DNA of 64,000 nucleotides, taken from the NCBI RefSeq assembly GCF_003704095.1, contig NW_020847572.1, positions 372,001-436,000 of the forward strand. Reading direction: 5' to 3'. This stretch comes from Pocillopora damicornis. Its lineage: Eukaryota. Numbering within the stretch: position 1 is the stretch's first letter; the number at the start of each line of letters is the position of its first letter. A program made the translations under genes and the position numbers. The notes under the pieces were generated by a model, which was not told where the DNA came from, did not search any database, and saw only the letters and a list, made by a program, of their open reading frames with translations. Positions 1 through 13,300 of the stretch are shown here, one piece after another.

Positions 1-3000
1 GAAGAGAGGGCAGCCTTCGTGTTGGCTTGTCACACAACGTGTGGCGAGAGAGCAATTGCGTGATCATATTGTGCAATGACTGCGTGACAAGGATCTGTTC
101 TTTCTTCTTTCTATTCGTCGATAGCGTGCAAACTAAGAAGGAGGAGAAGCCCTAAAACGAGGCATCAATCATTTCAAAAAATTTTTTTCGATAGAATGAA
201 ACACACCTTTTTTTTTCCAAAACAAAAAAGAAGAAAATGAGAGTTTGATTTTCGTGAGATCATACTTTTATTAAGGTTTCTAACATCATCCAAGCTTCAT
301 GATTCTCTGAACGATCGAATTCACTGCAGATATACGATTCTTTTAAATTCTTCGAGGTTTTATATAAGCGACTGATATCATCATGCCGATCACTCGCTCA
401 ATTCTGTCAAAATACAGTTGGAAATGTTAGGTAAATTAATTAGGACAGCCGGATTGACCAATCACGTTCAAGTCAAGTCTACGTGTAAAATTTCATTCCC
501 ATTGATAGGATGCAGCACAGAAAGCAACTGTCGGAACACCCACGTCTTTCGAAGGGTGGCTGCTTAGACAGAAATCAATTTTCGCGGTTAACTGAAACGG
601 GTCCTATCCAGCAGGCTGATGTAAGTGATCAAAATCTTCGAAAATCTGAAAAAAGCACGCAGTTATTTTGCTCCATGAGAATAAGAAATATTTCAAAGTT
701 AATGTTGAAAATGCATACCTTACGCAGGTGATATTCTGCTCCTGACCTACATATGATGGCAAGAGAGTAGAAACGAGCATACATGCAAAATCTCTGGCTG
801 TAAGTTCATAATTCCGCAAGAACCGATGAATTTTGGCGAACGTGCCTGTGACTATCATTTTCGTAGTCTTCCGATATGAAGGGGAAATTTCTCCAAGAAG
901 GTCTTTATTCTAGAAGTAAACTCTTTTCAAACATGATAGTTTCTTGCTGCGCCTCCGTGGAAACGCTTCACGGGAGAGTTCAATTACTCTGTGGGCGTGA
1001 CACACTCGGAACTTTCGAATTAAATTTTTAGCCTTCTCAATTTTAATCGCATTCATCCATAACTAGGCTCCGAAAATATAACTGACTTCCTCAATCCCCC
1101 TTTGATATTTTCAGCTACGATTAAACCTAAATATTAACATATCTTCCATTGTTAAAGCCTGCTATGACTGAACTTGGAGGGCGTTTACCGAGCTATTTCG
1201 GAATCTTTCCTCTGCTGACGAAGACGAATGAACAACGTGATTCGCTAACTTTATTACCTAAAAATGCTGTTTGCCGTTTCCTCAATATTTGGTTAGTTGA
1301 ACTGTTTTACTTGTTGGAAGGTTTTTAAATTCGGGCTTCATTTGACTATCGTGTTAGTTTATGCAGGAAACTAAGTCTAAACATTCTCCTTCTTGGTTGA
1401 GAAATGAAGGACTGGAAAACGGGTGAATTTTAATTTGCAACAGACAGAAACCTCACATTTTCAATATGTTCCTTTTTCTGACGCAATGGATATTAATTTC
1501 TTCCCAGTTGGGTACTTTTTTCGAAGAATGAGACCGAAAAAAAAAACAAAAATTCACAAAGAGTAAATTGTAAAGCCTTTTACACGGAAACTAGTGACGT
1601 GGTTTCGGCCTAACAATTTGTTTGTGTGCCTGCTGTTACAACCACTGACAATGTAAATGATTAAAGCGCAATTTAGCAGCGTAGACAATTAATTGATTTC
1701 AAAAAATATGATTTACACAGGATGCTGCAGGCAAGAAAACTGGTTATATATCACTTTTTATTGAACGCTTTTTGCTTGTATTTCCCGTTTGCAGTTGTTT
1801 GAATAAATAATTTTTCAATTCATCAGACCAAATGAGACATTCGTTCTCCATCACCTACTTTTCAATTTGAAATTTGTGAAATCGATATCAAGTTGTTAGA
1901 GAGGTGAAGCACTAATACAGAGCTAAAAGATCTCTAATTGTTGTCAGTCTTTAAACATGCTTGGTGTCTCTCACGAAAGCTACCAGGTTTAAGAAAAAAA
2001 ACTGTTAATTGATTTCTTGGAATGAAATGACTGTTCGTGCACGATTGGTTGTACTGCAAATCGATTTCATGGCTGCAGTTACAAAAAAAATTTTTCACCC
2101 AGGGTCAACTGGTGCTGAACTTTCTAGAAGTCAGAATCTGCATTAATTCCTGAATTAACTTTTGACGTTTATCACTGCACGTCCAAAAAATGCGGAGATG
2201 GTTTTGATCTAACCGCTTTATAGAGATGTAATTTCGTTTAACAACTTGATAACTTGATTGTCAGCAAATGCTAATTCTGAAAAGTTTTCACAACGAAATA
2301 ACTGACATCGACATGTGTCAAACAAATGGGTTCCGGCAATCGTTTTTGTTTATTCCAGACCAATCAAACCCAAAGCTTTTATTTTCATTCTTTCAATACA
2401 ATAGAGCGTGTCAGAAAAGCACGATCGTTCCCAAACATTTTTGAAGTTCTAAAGTACTCTTAACAGATCATAAATGCAATTATTATATTGGGCAGCTTTG
2501 TGAGACGTGCCACTTCGATGGTTTTCCACGAGACAATCAGCGATTAGCAAGATTAAATGAAGAAATAATTGATATTTGTGTTTTATTCATGAGGGTCTTT
2601 CAATAACTTTGTTTGCCTCGCAGTTAACTAATTGCGTAGTTGTTGAGGCAGTTTAAGGTATTATATCGGAGAAAAGATTCTTTAATCCTAAAACCCCGAC
2701 AGAGAAGGCGAGTTTGGACGTCCGGAGCGAATCCACAAATATATTGGTGAGTGCAAATTAAGGATTTTCAAACATCATAGCTGAGGGATGGATATTTTTT
2801 TGAGCGACAGTGTAAGTCGAAGATTATCTCAGTGGGGGAGATTTGAGGGACAGTAAAAGTTTGATGATAGTGAGTTCAAGCTTTTGCTTCGGTTTGTTAA
2901 ACGAATATGTTTGTAAACTACAAAGCCTACTTGTAACTGTACATTTGGTTTCTCGATCTCAATATTGAATAGCCGACCGGTTGAAAAGTCTCTGTTGATG

Positions 3001-6000
3001 GTAATTTGTAAGTTCCTTTCTGTTGTTTCCCGGCTATTTCAAAAGCAATATCGACCATCCATAAAAGCAGAGCGAAAATTTTTTACAGTTACGTTTCCTA
3101 GCATTAAATCCATTATTCAAATGAACGATATCTGGAACTTTCAGCCTGAGATCGTTTTAGCCAAGGTATTATTTTGCGCTAAATGATTTCCACCCAAGAT
3201 TCAAATCTTAAGTCGCTTTGGTTTAAGGCGAAATCTTCTTGAATCTCTTGGAGACAAGCAGTTTTATTTCTAGGTGACCATGGGTCAGCACACTGAATTA
3301 ATCCCTAAATCTGCAGCGCAAAAAAAAAAAATCGACTGCAATCAGATGTACTTCTGTACATGTAAAACTGGGATTGTATTTCAGTAAATGGGGAAGTGAC
3401 TTCTTGAGAAGGAAACCTTGCATTTTTATTTTTGGAACTTGTTGACAAGAGAATCAAATAATCCTTGAATTTTCTTAGCAAAAAGTGTAGTTTATGTTGC
3501 TGTATTTTGGGTCCTTAATCATTACTGATGCATGCACTTTAAAGAAACATTAAATTTATTCATGAGGAATACCAACATTTCCGATGATTGTAAAACGCGT
3601 TGAAACAAACTCAACAACGTAAAGTAGCAGAATATGAATCTGCGCAAAGGAAGAAGGGTCTTTGTTTTTTAATTTGAAAATATGTATATGCCATGGTCAA
3701 TACGGAAAGTATATAAGACCCTTATCACCCGGAAACGAAATAATTAGGTGCTTTTGACCCCAAACAAAGGCAAATATCGATAGCTATTCAACCACGACGA
3801 AATAGTTGTCTCATTTCACGCGCTACTATAACCACTGCATGATTAGGCAAAATGCCGGGCCTTTTTCCTCATTTCAAAATCAGACAAATCGAATATCTGT
3901 GGATATTTCACGAGTGAATGAAGGTAAGAAATTACTTGAAGAAATCATGTTTCGAAGGCCTCCGGTACGGATTTTTTAGCTTGGGTTGTGTCTTGTATTC
4001 AATTGCTGTATTTTACAACAAGGTCAATTTTTTGATCAACAGTTCACGGAGGAAAAAAAAAAAAAAAGCCGTTCAAACAGTAAGAATTAAAGATTTTTCT
4101 TAATTCAATAACTCTCTATATTTATAGTTTATTTTCGATTAATTGCACGGTGGATAACATTCTGTTGAAGATACAAAACATAGAACAAAGTTGTAATCAT
4201 GCTAAAAGTGAAATGACCTATTAGGTATGTGACAAACGATTTAGGCTTACTTTTGATGTACACTATGGTCTGAACCAGCTGTGAAAGAAAATTTTCCCCG
4301 CTAACCATGGCGTCAAAGAATTCTAACAATAATTTTTGGTTGGCTACGACTTTTGCTATATTGAGACCAGTTTTAAATCAATTTCAAAACTGGGAATTCA
4401 AAGATTCTGGTTTTACGTGGGAGAGATTTCCTCGAGCCCAATATCTCATTATCACATCGGGCAAAGTCAGGTTCTCGGCTGAAAACCTCAATGCTTAGTA
4501 CTTTCGCGTGCATATTCTCTCAGATGAAAGTTATAGATACAATTATTTTTAGTAACTTAGTTGCGACATTTAACTATCGTAATTTCCTTGGTATAAGGTC
4601 GGCAATGTTTCGGAAATTTACAATAGCATCATATAATTCAGTGTTTTTGCTATAAATTATAATGCGCATCAAAAAAAAAAAAAAGAAAAAAAAAAAAAAA
4701 AATGAAAAGGAACTCGTATTCAAAAAATTTTTTCAGCAGTTTCCAATCTTCCGTTCTGATAAGTCTGAACGGTAAAATTTCGTAGATATAAAATTAGACC
4801 GCAAATCTATGGATTAAAATGGTTTCATTTGCGTCTCGCCAGCGCGAAAACTGACGAATTGTATTACCTATCACGATTACAGAGGTAACGACACAAAATC
4901 CTTATTTTGGCCTAAAACATATAGGTGAATTATTTCTAAACATAAAAAACTGTACACGTCATTGCTCCCAGTCAGACAAGGAACGTATTCATTCATTTTA
5001 AAATCACGTTCATCCGTAACTTCTGAAAAAGAATGCGAGCTAACGAATATAGTGCAGTAAATCAGAATATTAATTTTTTATAGCCACAACTCCCACAAAT
5101 AGACCTAAAAATAGAATAATTTCTGCTGTATTCGTGATAAATTCTGCATTTGTTTTTCAAACAGCGGAAGAACTAATTTGGGATTTTGTTACCAAGATAT
5201 CGGCACCTAAATCGTTATAAATAGATTTTTATTTCCGAGAATATTATATCTGCTGCATGAGGTAAGTAATTTACTTTGGTTTCCGACCTCTCGGAAGAGA
5301 GCTGAGACTGCTGATTGAGCGATCAATGATAAATAGGAAAACTCTCTTCGCCGGATTATTTTCGTGAGTTCTTCCTATAGTTAGGTTTAAAAATTCGAGG
5401 CCTATCACGCCTTCCTTAGATTGGTGTTTTTGATGTCCTCAATAATGCAAAATGCATCGAGGTTTATACTCTGACATACAATTTTACACGCAATCGAGAC
5501 TTCTCGGCCCTCTGATTGGCTTGTACGATTTCCTGCAGGGTTCTTTAGCCAATCAGAACGCTGAGTCTTCTACCCCAAACATTAACAAGTAACGATCAAA
5601 GGCGATTTAGTTAAATTACTTTCCCGAGCTTTTTACATGTCGTTACTTTACAATCCACTTTATTTAGGAGAATTCATAAGGCTTAATTCAGCTTCTATTT
5701 GAAAACGTGACTGAAAACTGATTGGTATCTGTGGACTACAAAAACTACTCGGTAGAGATCTTTATCGCGATAACTTTTCTCGTATCCTACAGAAAACAAC
5801 AAAAACAACGAATGTAGAGTTATGCAAATTTAAGACTCGTTTTTGTTGTTGTTGTTGTTGTTTTGTTTTCATTTCATTTTTCTTTTTAAACAAGCTTCAA
5901 TTGGATTGTGCTGATAGGATTTCCTTGAAAAGAAAAATTAACCGAAAGACTACTTATCTAAGCAAATCTGATTTAAAATTTTAAAACTTCAAAAATGATA

Positions 6001-8269
6001 ACAACTGGAAACAGATGAATTTCGCTATTCTAATGCATGAATATTATATTTTTTTTCCCCTTAATTTCTTCTTTTTCTCGGCTCAATTTACTCCAAGAAT
6101 CGCCCTCTTAGAGTGCCCACAGGAATGGAATTTATGGCCAAAATATATTTCTGCTTGTTTCTCTGTAGGAATCGAATAACTCTTAGAAATAATTGCAATT
6201 ATAAGGTCCCCATGAATTTTTTGTCTCAGCCTAGCTAATCTGGCCAAAACAGATACACTTGAGGCTCTCTAAACAGGATGGGAAAAGCCTGGGCTGTTTT
6301 CTGCGGCGCAGCAGTGTATCGGCAGGTGAAAACAACTGTCAGCTGGAGCTCTTTTGAAGGATAGAATACGGATTATAATTTCTTTACACTTTCAATACCT
6401 CGAAAAAGTCTTGGGGAGCTGTTACATTGAAAAAACACTCTCGTTACAATGGAAATGTTTCAATTTTAATGTACAAGGGGAAAGGAGCCATGGATTTTTC
6501 CTAACTTTAGATAATAATCCTTTCGGGTGATCTTGCTGAAGAATCTAAAGGTATGATTTTGTTGGAAAACGAATGTCAAATTTTAAAGAGCTTCTTTACA
6601 ACGCTGTATTTTGTATAACCTAAGTACTTAGAAATATGTGTTAAATGTGGTACAGTGCCATACAACAGAGTAGATAAAAATTAGCAAAATTGATTTATTT
6701 CTGAGGATAGATAAAACTTAACGTTTTAACTGGGAATTGTGTAGGTCAGTTCATATAATTACCTCGAAACTATCGGTCAATTCTAAATTTTATTTTCTCT
6801 TCTTCGGTCGCCAGTTTGAATTTATAAAAAGAGGAAAAGAACGCCATAAATTTAGATAATAAATCTTTCATTCAAAAACTACAAAACTTCTTAGATTAAA
6901 AATTATTTATTGTCGCTCAAAGTCGTCAGCTTCACTGAATAACTCTCAAAACGAAACTCACACCTAAAAAAACTAAAAAAATTGCGGACTTGCAGATGTT
7001 TTCAATCAGATGCGGAGCTAAATCAGACAAAAAAAATTGTGACAAAGTCAAAGTTAGTCGAAATTAAGATTCGGAGGCACTTACCACAAAATAATTAGAA
7101 AAGCCGATTAAAATTTGCTTGCCTTGAGAAACACGCTTCGGTATAAGACGGTATAAGTTAAATGAAACACGTCTTTATTTATCTTTCATGCGCCTTTTCG
7201 GTAACTATTATTTACTCTTAAAAGATTTCTTTCTCTGGTGTATAGCAACGGAGGATAAACGAGAAGACGTTATAAGCAGTCAGTAGAGGAACAATTTAAC
7301 TCAGTCGAGTTTATTTAACCAAATATAATTGATGGCACCCATCGCCTAAACTTACTTGACTATCGAGCCTGTTGAATAGTGCGGTAGATGTTTCATTACT
7401 AAAATTGTTGGTAACGGGCTGGTTTGTTTGTTATTTTTTTTAGTCCAATTTTTGTTTTAATTGTGGTGTTGCTAGTTTATTATTCATCACGAAACTCTCC
7501 TAAGGACACAAGAGGTTGGTTAGCCACAGAAAAAAACAAACAAATTACTACATAGCTTGATTTCTATCGAGAATCGGCACCTGTGGTCGCAAAAATATCA
7601 TAGAAGGTGCCTTCCCATCAGGCAGGCTGGTCTATTTAAAGATTGTAACAGTTTTGGGGGTTAATTTTCATTCTTTCAGTTAAGCAATGCAAGGATTGGT
7701 TTTTTTTCCTTTGATATTTTGCCTCACAAACGAAGTAAAATTCTAAAAAAAATTCTTTGTCAGGTAATGCCCAGAAATTTTCGTACTCTTGATCTCACTA
7801 ATGAAATTTTTTACAGAACCAAAGGAGTTTGAGTGTTTCTACACGCACGCATATCTCTCTAACCATGACAATAATAACAAGTACTTCCACGTGAGTAAAT
7901 AAATGAAACAAATTTCCCAAATTAAAATCGCAAAAGGCTCTACGTATTTTGGGTCTTAAGGAAATGTTAATTGTTTTCGAGGTGTATGAGGCATTTTCAA
8001 CAAACGCGCTGTTGTTTTTTAATGAAATCAGTCTTATAAGTTATTTTATGAGACATTTTCCTCGCAACTTGTAGCAACAACAAAATAGCATGATAATCTT
8101 GGTGAAGAACAGCGATTTTGCCTTTGGCCAAATGAAAATAGAGGATAGCAAACAAAGAGATAAATTATAAACTATAAATGAGAGAGAACAGATCGTTAAT
8201 TTCGAGGTGTTACTCTGTAATTTACGAATAACACTTTTAGATTCTTCTGTCTCTTTTGATTTTTAAAAG

Positions 8270-8985
8270 GAGGACCTTGAGTAAACCACGAGGAAGAGGC
8301 AAAACAAAAGATCTAATGAGCAGAACAACAGCTTAGCACGTGCATTTTGAAACTTTGTACGTTTCTTAGCCGTCCTCTGCGAAACAACAACGTGAAATTA
8401 CTAAAATCTGCGTGGTCTGAGAACAGAACCCAAGTGTTAGGGTATAATCTTACCGACAGAAAAACACTACAATCCCACAAACTCAACTTCTTTATTAAAT
8501 AGCGAGTAATGTTCTTAACAAGGAGCGACTCCCAAAGGTAGTGCAATGCTTATCGTTAATCAACTTATTTAAGCCCACCACAGTCTATATCTTAGCTCAC
8601 CACTAACACAATCTCACTGCTGTCTCCAAAGTTCCTTGAAATGAGCAATCTTCCGCAGTAACTCTCTCTCGGTATAGCTTTCAACACAGTCGTCCGACAA
8701 CAACAACTACTTCTACTACTACATAAGTAAGTCTTTATATACATATTCACAAAGTGTTCTGGAACATTTCAAAAGCTTACAAAAGAAATTTTTTAGTAGT
8801 ACATAGTAAGTGCATGACTTGATGAAATGTTCTAGAAAGTTCTATGGTATGCAAGTCAGCATGACTCAGCAGTCTGGAGATTTCTAGAAGCTTATATTTA
8901 CAGTAGTTACTCATAACAGAAGGCAAAATATTTAAGTATCCTTGTGAAGAGACGATGAACATGTCCAGCCATTTGAAAAATTCTA
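8270..8985 (-). mobile_element. Degenerate copy of the MITE family seen at 59113-59474, split by the solo LTR
   Basis: 8271-8434 and 8919-8935 align with the reverse complement of 59280-59474, e.g. gcgaaacaacaacgtgaaattactaaaatctgcgtggtctgagaac versus gcaaaacagcaacgagaaatcacctcaatttgcgtcgtctgcgaac. Confidence 0.55.
8435..8918 (-). mobile_element. Probable solo LTR (484 bp) nested inside a MITE-like repeat
   Basis: Ends are TGTTA...TAACA (TG..CA with a 5-bp terminal inverted repeat). Flanks are caag/gaag, a 4-bp TSD with one mismatch. The minus strand has TATATAAA (~8733-8740) upstream of AATAAA (~8490-8495). Removing it rejoins a repeat homologous to the reverse complement of 59280-59350. 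Confidence 0.6.
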
Positions 8986-9705
8986 TTTGAAATGGTAAAT
9001 TCGTTTTTTCGAAGTGCTCCGAACAATCCTAGCCAGTAACAAAGGCTTAAAATGAACTGCTGTGGTCAGGAATAATGAGCGGCGACGTTATTTCATACAA
9101 AAATACTTTGTTCAAGAATTTCGCAGCGAAGGAAAAACAAAAACTTTCCTCATAATCTTATTAATAAAATGCTCTCCTCCTGTTAAATCTGTTTACTTGT
9201 TCAAATTGCCACGAACTGATAAGAATGAGTGTTACTAAGCCGTAAGAGGTTTGGCGCTTAAAACGAAACTTCCAAATTCAGTTTACATAATGGTTATTCA
9301 ATGAAAATTGTCAAAATTGCGATCCATACGTGAGAAGTCGCAAGCTTCTCATTATTAAGCTGTTGTTGCTCATTATTCATTTAGTTTTTTCCCAGTTTAC
9401 TTCGAATTTGTAAAGAATAACATCGATCAATTCGCTCGATTGCCCTTCGTGAAGGAATTCACATTTTTCTCCGCTTGAGCGGTCGCAAGGAGTATTCCTC
9501 AGTAAATCAAAGCAATTTTGAGTTTATTACAACTGAGCTACTCAATTCGGATCAGAGAGAACACACGCTTTACTGAGTAGGAGAAAAACAATCCGCAAGA
9601 GGATATAAACAATTTATAATCTCTTGCAAGCCGCTAATCCAAATAAAAAAATCTTTGCTTGGGTCACGTACAAAATAATTCAAATTGCGACGAGCTTACA
9701 CAAGC

Positions 9706-9916
9706 TTAGCCCTATGACTCCCATGAGTGACCAAGACAGAATTTCTTCTAACAGCAACTGAATACATATACAATATCAAGCAGAAAAGTGATAGGAATGA
9801 AGAAAAACATCTCTTACGGGATTGTTAGTTAATCCAATACCAAATTCTCAAAACTAACATCATACGATTTGCATAGAAGACAGTAAAGAGAACTACAAAC
9901 GGAATCTTAGGAGTGA
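9706..9916. mobile_element. Degenerate piggyBac-type MITE (CCCT..AGGG family)
   Basis: Begins ttagccctatgactcccatgagtgaccaagac, nearly identical to ttaaccctttaactcccatgagtgaccaagac at 32393-32424. Ends atcttaggagtga, resembling atcttgggagttaaaggg at 63101-63118. Confidence 0.5.
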
Positions 9917-10342
9917 TGAAAACTAATGATGTTCAAAGAGTACGGACAGAGAGAGATTATGCTGTTTACGTCAAATTTCTTTTTGTCTCTGTCCCTTTGT
10001 TGTTCCATTTTAAAAGAAGCAAATCGTATTTAAAGAGTTCTTCCCTCAGATTTATGGCACTTGAAAGTGTTCCAACGGAAAAAAGCACCGCTCTAAAATC
10101 AGTTCAACTCATTAAAATTTATTAAGAACGCCGGCGTAATTATTTTAACCGGCTCATCAGAATCCAAAAAACTGATTGCTGTTTCGGTTCAAAGTTCTTA
10201 ACATCTGCGTTTGAATTCCTTACTTGAAGAATACGTTTAATAGGACATTAGATCTGAAAATTTTGTCCCATCCTGCGATACCGCAGAGATCATCTTTAGC
10301 CAATAATACAGTTTATAACGAAGGAAATGTACATTGAGTGTT

Positions 10343-10395
10343 TTATTATTATCATTATCATTATTATTACTATCATTACTGTTATTATTATTATT
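10343..10395. repeat. (ATT/ATC)n microsatellite
   Basis: Imperfect trinucleotide repeat visible directly. Confidence 0.8.
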
Positions 10396-13300
10396 CAAGC
10401 TAAGGGAAACGTTAGTGAAGTCTTCTATCAAAAATAGCCAAAACAAAATGAGATTGCTCCATTTTTGGTAACGTTTTGGCCATGCAACCGAAACGGATAG
10501 TTCTGGTCTGTAAGGATTTAACACTTGTGTATAGCATAAGTCTTCGCTCCGATCTAACTCAGCGCTATCTTTATTTAAAAGGTAATTAGATGGTATGTGA
10601 TTGTGAACGCCTCGCCAGGCGGCAATAGTTTAACTTATCTTCATTACTCCGCCATCACGGACAAAATGACATGCCAATTGCAGCGCTATCTCATCTCCTT
10701 TCCTTTTGATTGGTTGGTGAATGAGATAAACAACAGAACGCACTATCTAAACAGTGCAATCATCACAAGTAAATAATCACGCCAAGCATTTTGTGAACTC
10801 GAAAAATGATACCGTGCTCGGAAAATAACAAATCAACTAATCAGACAAGATGCAAAGATATTATTTACCAAGGTAGCATGCAGCTTGGACACATCATTTA
10901 AAGAGAGCGAACACGTTTTGTTCATTTTCTTGTGGGCAGGTTGATAATTTTCTATTTTTTATTGGGTCTGTAAGCACTGACAGCAATAATTCAACTGCAT
11001 TCTGATCGTTAAGGTAGTTAGTCACGTTCTTGGCGAGTACCATTTGTGAGAGAGATCGTCAAGCTTGCCTACAACTACTCATAGTGTTTTGCTTTCTTGT
11101 TTAGAGATCAGAGGCAACTAAAACGGAGCTACTGTTTTGAGTTCATCTCATCCCATTGAATGCAGCTCTCTTTGTTGCAAAAGATACGTACTATTTGGTC
11201 AGGAATTGCACAAGCAAGTTTGAGGTAAGGAACCGAGTGTACCTTAACAAACCGAGTGTGGTGTATTTGACTTTGAAAGAGTTCTGCATTCATTTAACAG
11301 TGAGCAGGGTGTTCAGGAGGTTAGGATTACGTTTTTGGTTTCACTAACTGACTTAACAATGTTTACACGATTTTATGGTTCACATACTTCCACTTCGCAT
11401 GACTACAGACACTGAAACAAAAGGTTAAACTAAGCGTTTACATAAATGATCGAATTTAAATCTTTAATAAAAACAATCCTTCGAAGCTGAAAACGAGCGT
11501 CACATTTTAGGAGCTGCGCTCGTTAGCGCTCTATTGCGTGGGGCATCCCATCCATCGTATCTCAGACTGGCGGTGTATTATCACTTTAACACCCCGTTCT
11601 ATCGCAAAGTGAGGCTCTGAAAGTTATTACATGATGTCTCGCTCAGTTCGTTCACTGTTAATTTCTAGAGAATTTGAGTGTTGTTGTAACTATTTTCACA
11701 GCACTTAATTGTTTTTCCATACCATACATAAAAGCATTTAAGATTACATTGATATCATTGATGACTTGAGCGGGTTGGCGGTTGGTTTATTATGGTTTTC
11801 TATGACGGAACGTTCAGTAACGACAGAGAAGAGCAACAGCTGTTTGTGAATTAGTTGAAATTATTTGCGATGCAGTTTCTTCGACAGACATTCCAGGCGT
11901 CGGATCGGATTAAACTTCGTTAGCTACTTCTCAAAAACCTCAAATGTTATCGTTCAATCTTTCAGGAAGCCGGGAATTTTTTTTTTAAAGTGGTTGAAGT
12001 CTAACAAATTAAGTAACTTCGGAAAACACTGTGCCATCGTAGAAACCGCAAGTAAGGAGCGCAATTGTTCGATATCGCATCCAATACTTTAGCTGCTCCA
12101 ATTTCAAAACAAGCAATCATAAAATTTTTCTTTCAAAAAATGGTGGAAGCAGTTTATTATATACACTTGTTGACTTTTAAACCGCTTACATCATTTCAAG
12201 AGGTTTCGAGTTTCCGCTTTGGATGAGCTCTAAGTTCCGTTCCGAGACGAAATGGTTGGCGACCATGTTCTGTTTGAGGAGATAGCCTTTGTCGAGCCCG
12301 CCAGCTGGTAAATCATAGAAACTCGTCTTTCGAGGCTTAAAAACTTAAGGTGGCAGTGACTGTAAAATCCTATTAAAATATTGAAACCGCAAAGAAGTGC
12401 TTAACTAATACACTTCACCTCAAATCCTCAATTGCTGTGTTTACCTCGCGCTTGAATGCAAATTATTCAGGCAGTTCAGGTTTACGATGATCTGAAATTC
12501 GTGATCTGAAGAGATAATTTGTACAAAACAAAACAAATACTTGATTACAGAATGTAGAATGATCATTTTGCCGGGGAGCAAATCAGTACACATTGAATCT
12601 AATCTCTTTATCACATGTGCCCCTTCCCAGACGCAGCCAAATGAAAGACAAGACCGAAATGACGAAGAAAGAAATTTGAAGCAAATCGCGACAGAATTCT
12701 ATGCAGGTTAACCCAATGCTGACAGATTTATTACGACATTTTCAAAATAAGTATTTACTTTTAACTGGTTTTTCTACGAGGGCGAAAGAGATCAATTCGA
12801 AAGACTAGAGTGAAAAATTAATTTCAAACCCGGTCAAGATGTCGCTAAGATTAAACTCAGTGAATATACTGCTTTTCTGGTCATCTTCTCAGATCATTTA
12901 ACCACCTGAAAAATTCTTTTTTCGTTTATGCAAGTATTCAGACCTATTTTTGAGAACTGTTATTGACGGAGCGATGTGACGTTCTAGAGATTTCTTAAAT
13001 TTTGCTGGCACTTGTATGATATATCGATGTTCTTTATCGTTTTGTCCAATCTATTGAAACATGAAAACCCCATAAGTACCCACACATCTGAGATGTAATG
13101 AGGAACGATGACGTACAAACCCAATTAACGCATTTTTTGGAACTTTACATCTTCCTATCGCTACACCATTCTTCTCGTAAAGCACAAAAACTTGTACTTG
13201 ACGCAACGTTTGCTACCACAACGTTTGATACCGCTGACCTGGATGCCTTATTCAAACCAAATTATTCAGCTTCACTCAATGCTCTTTGTTACTTCTGCAA

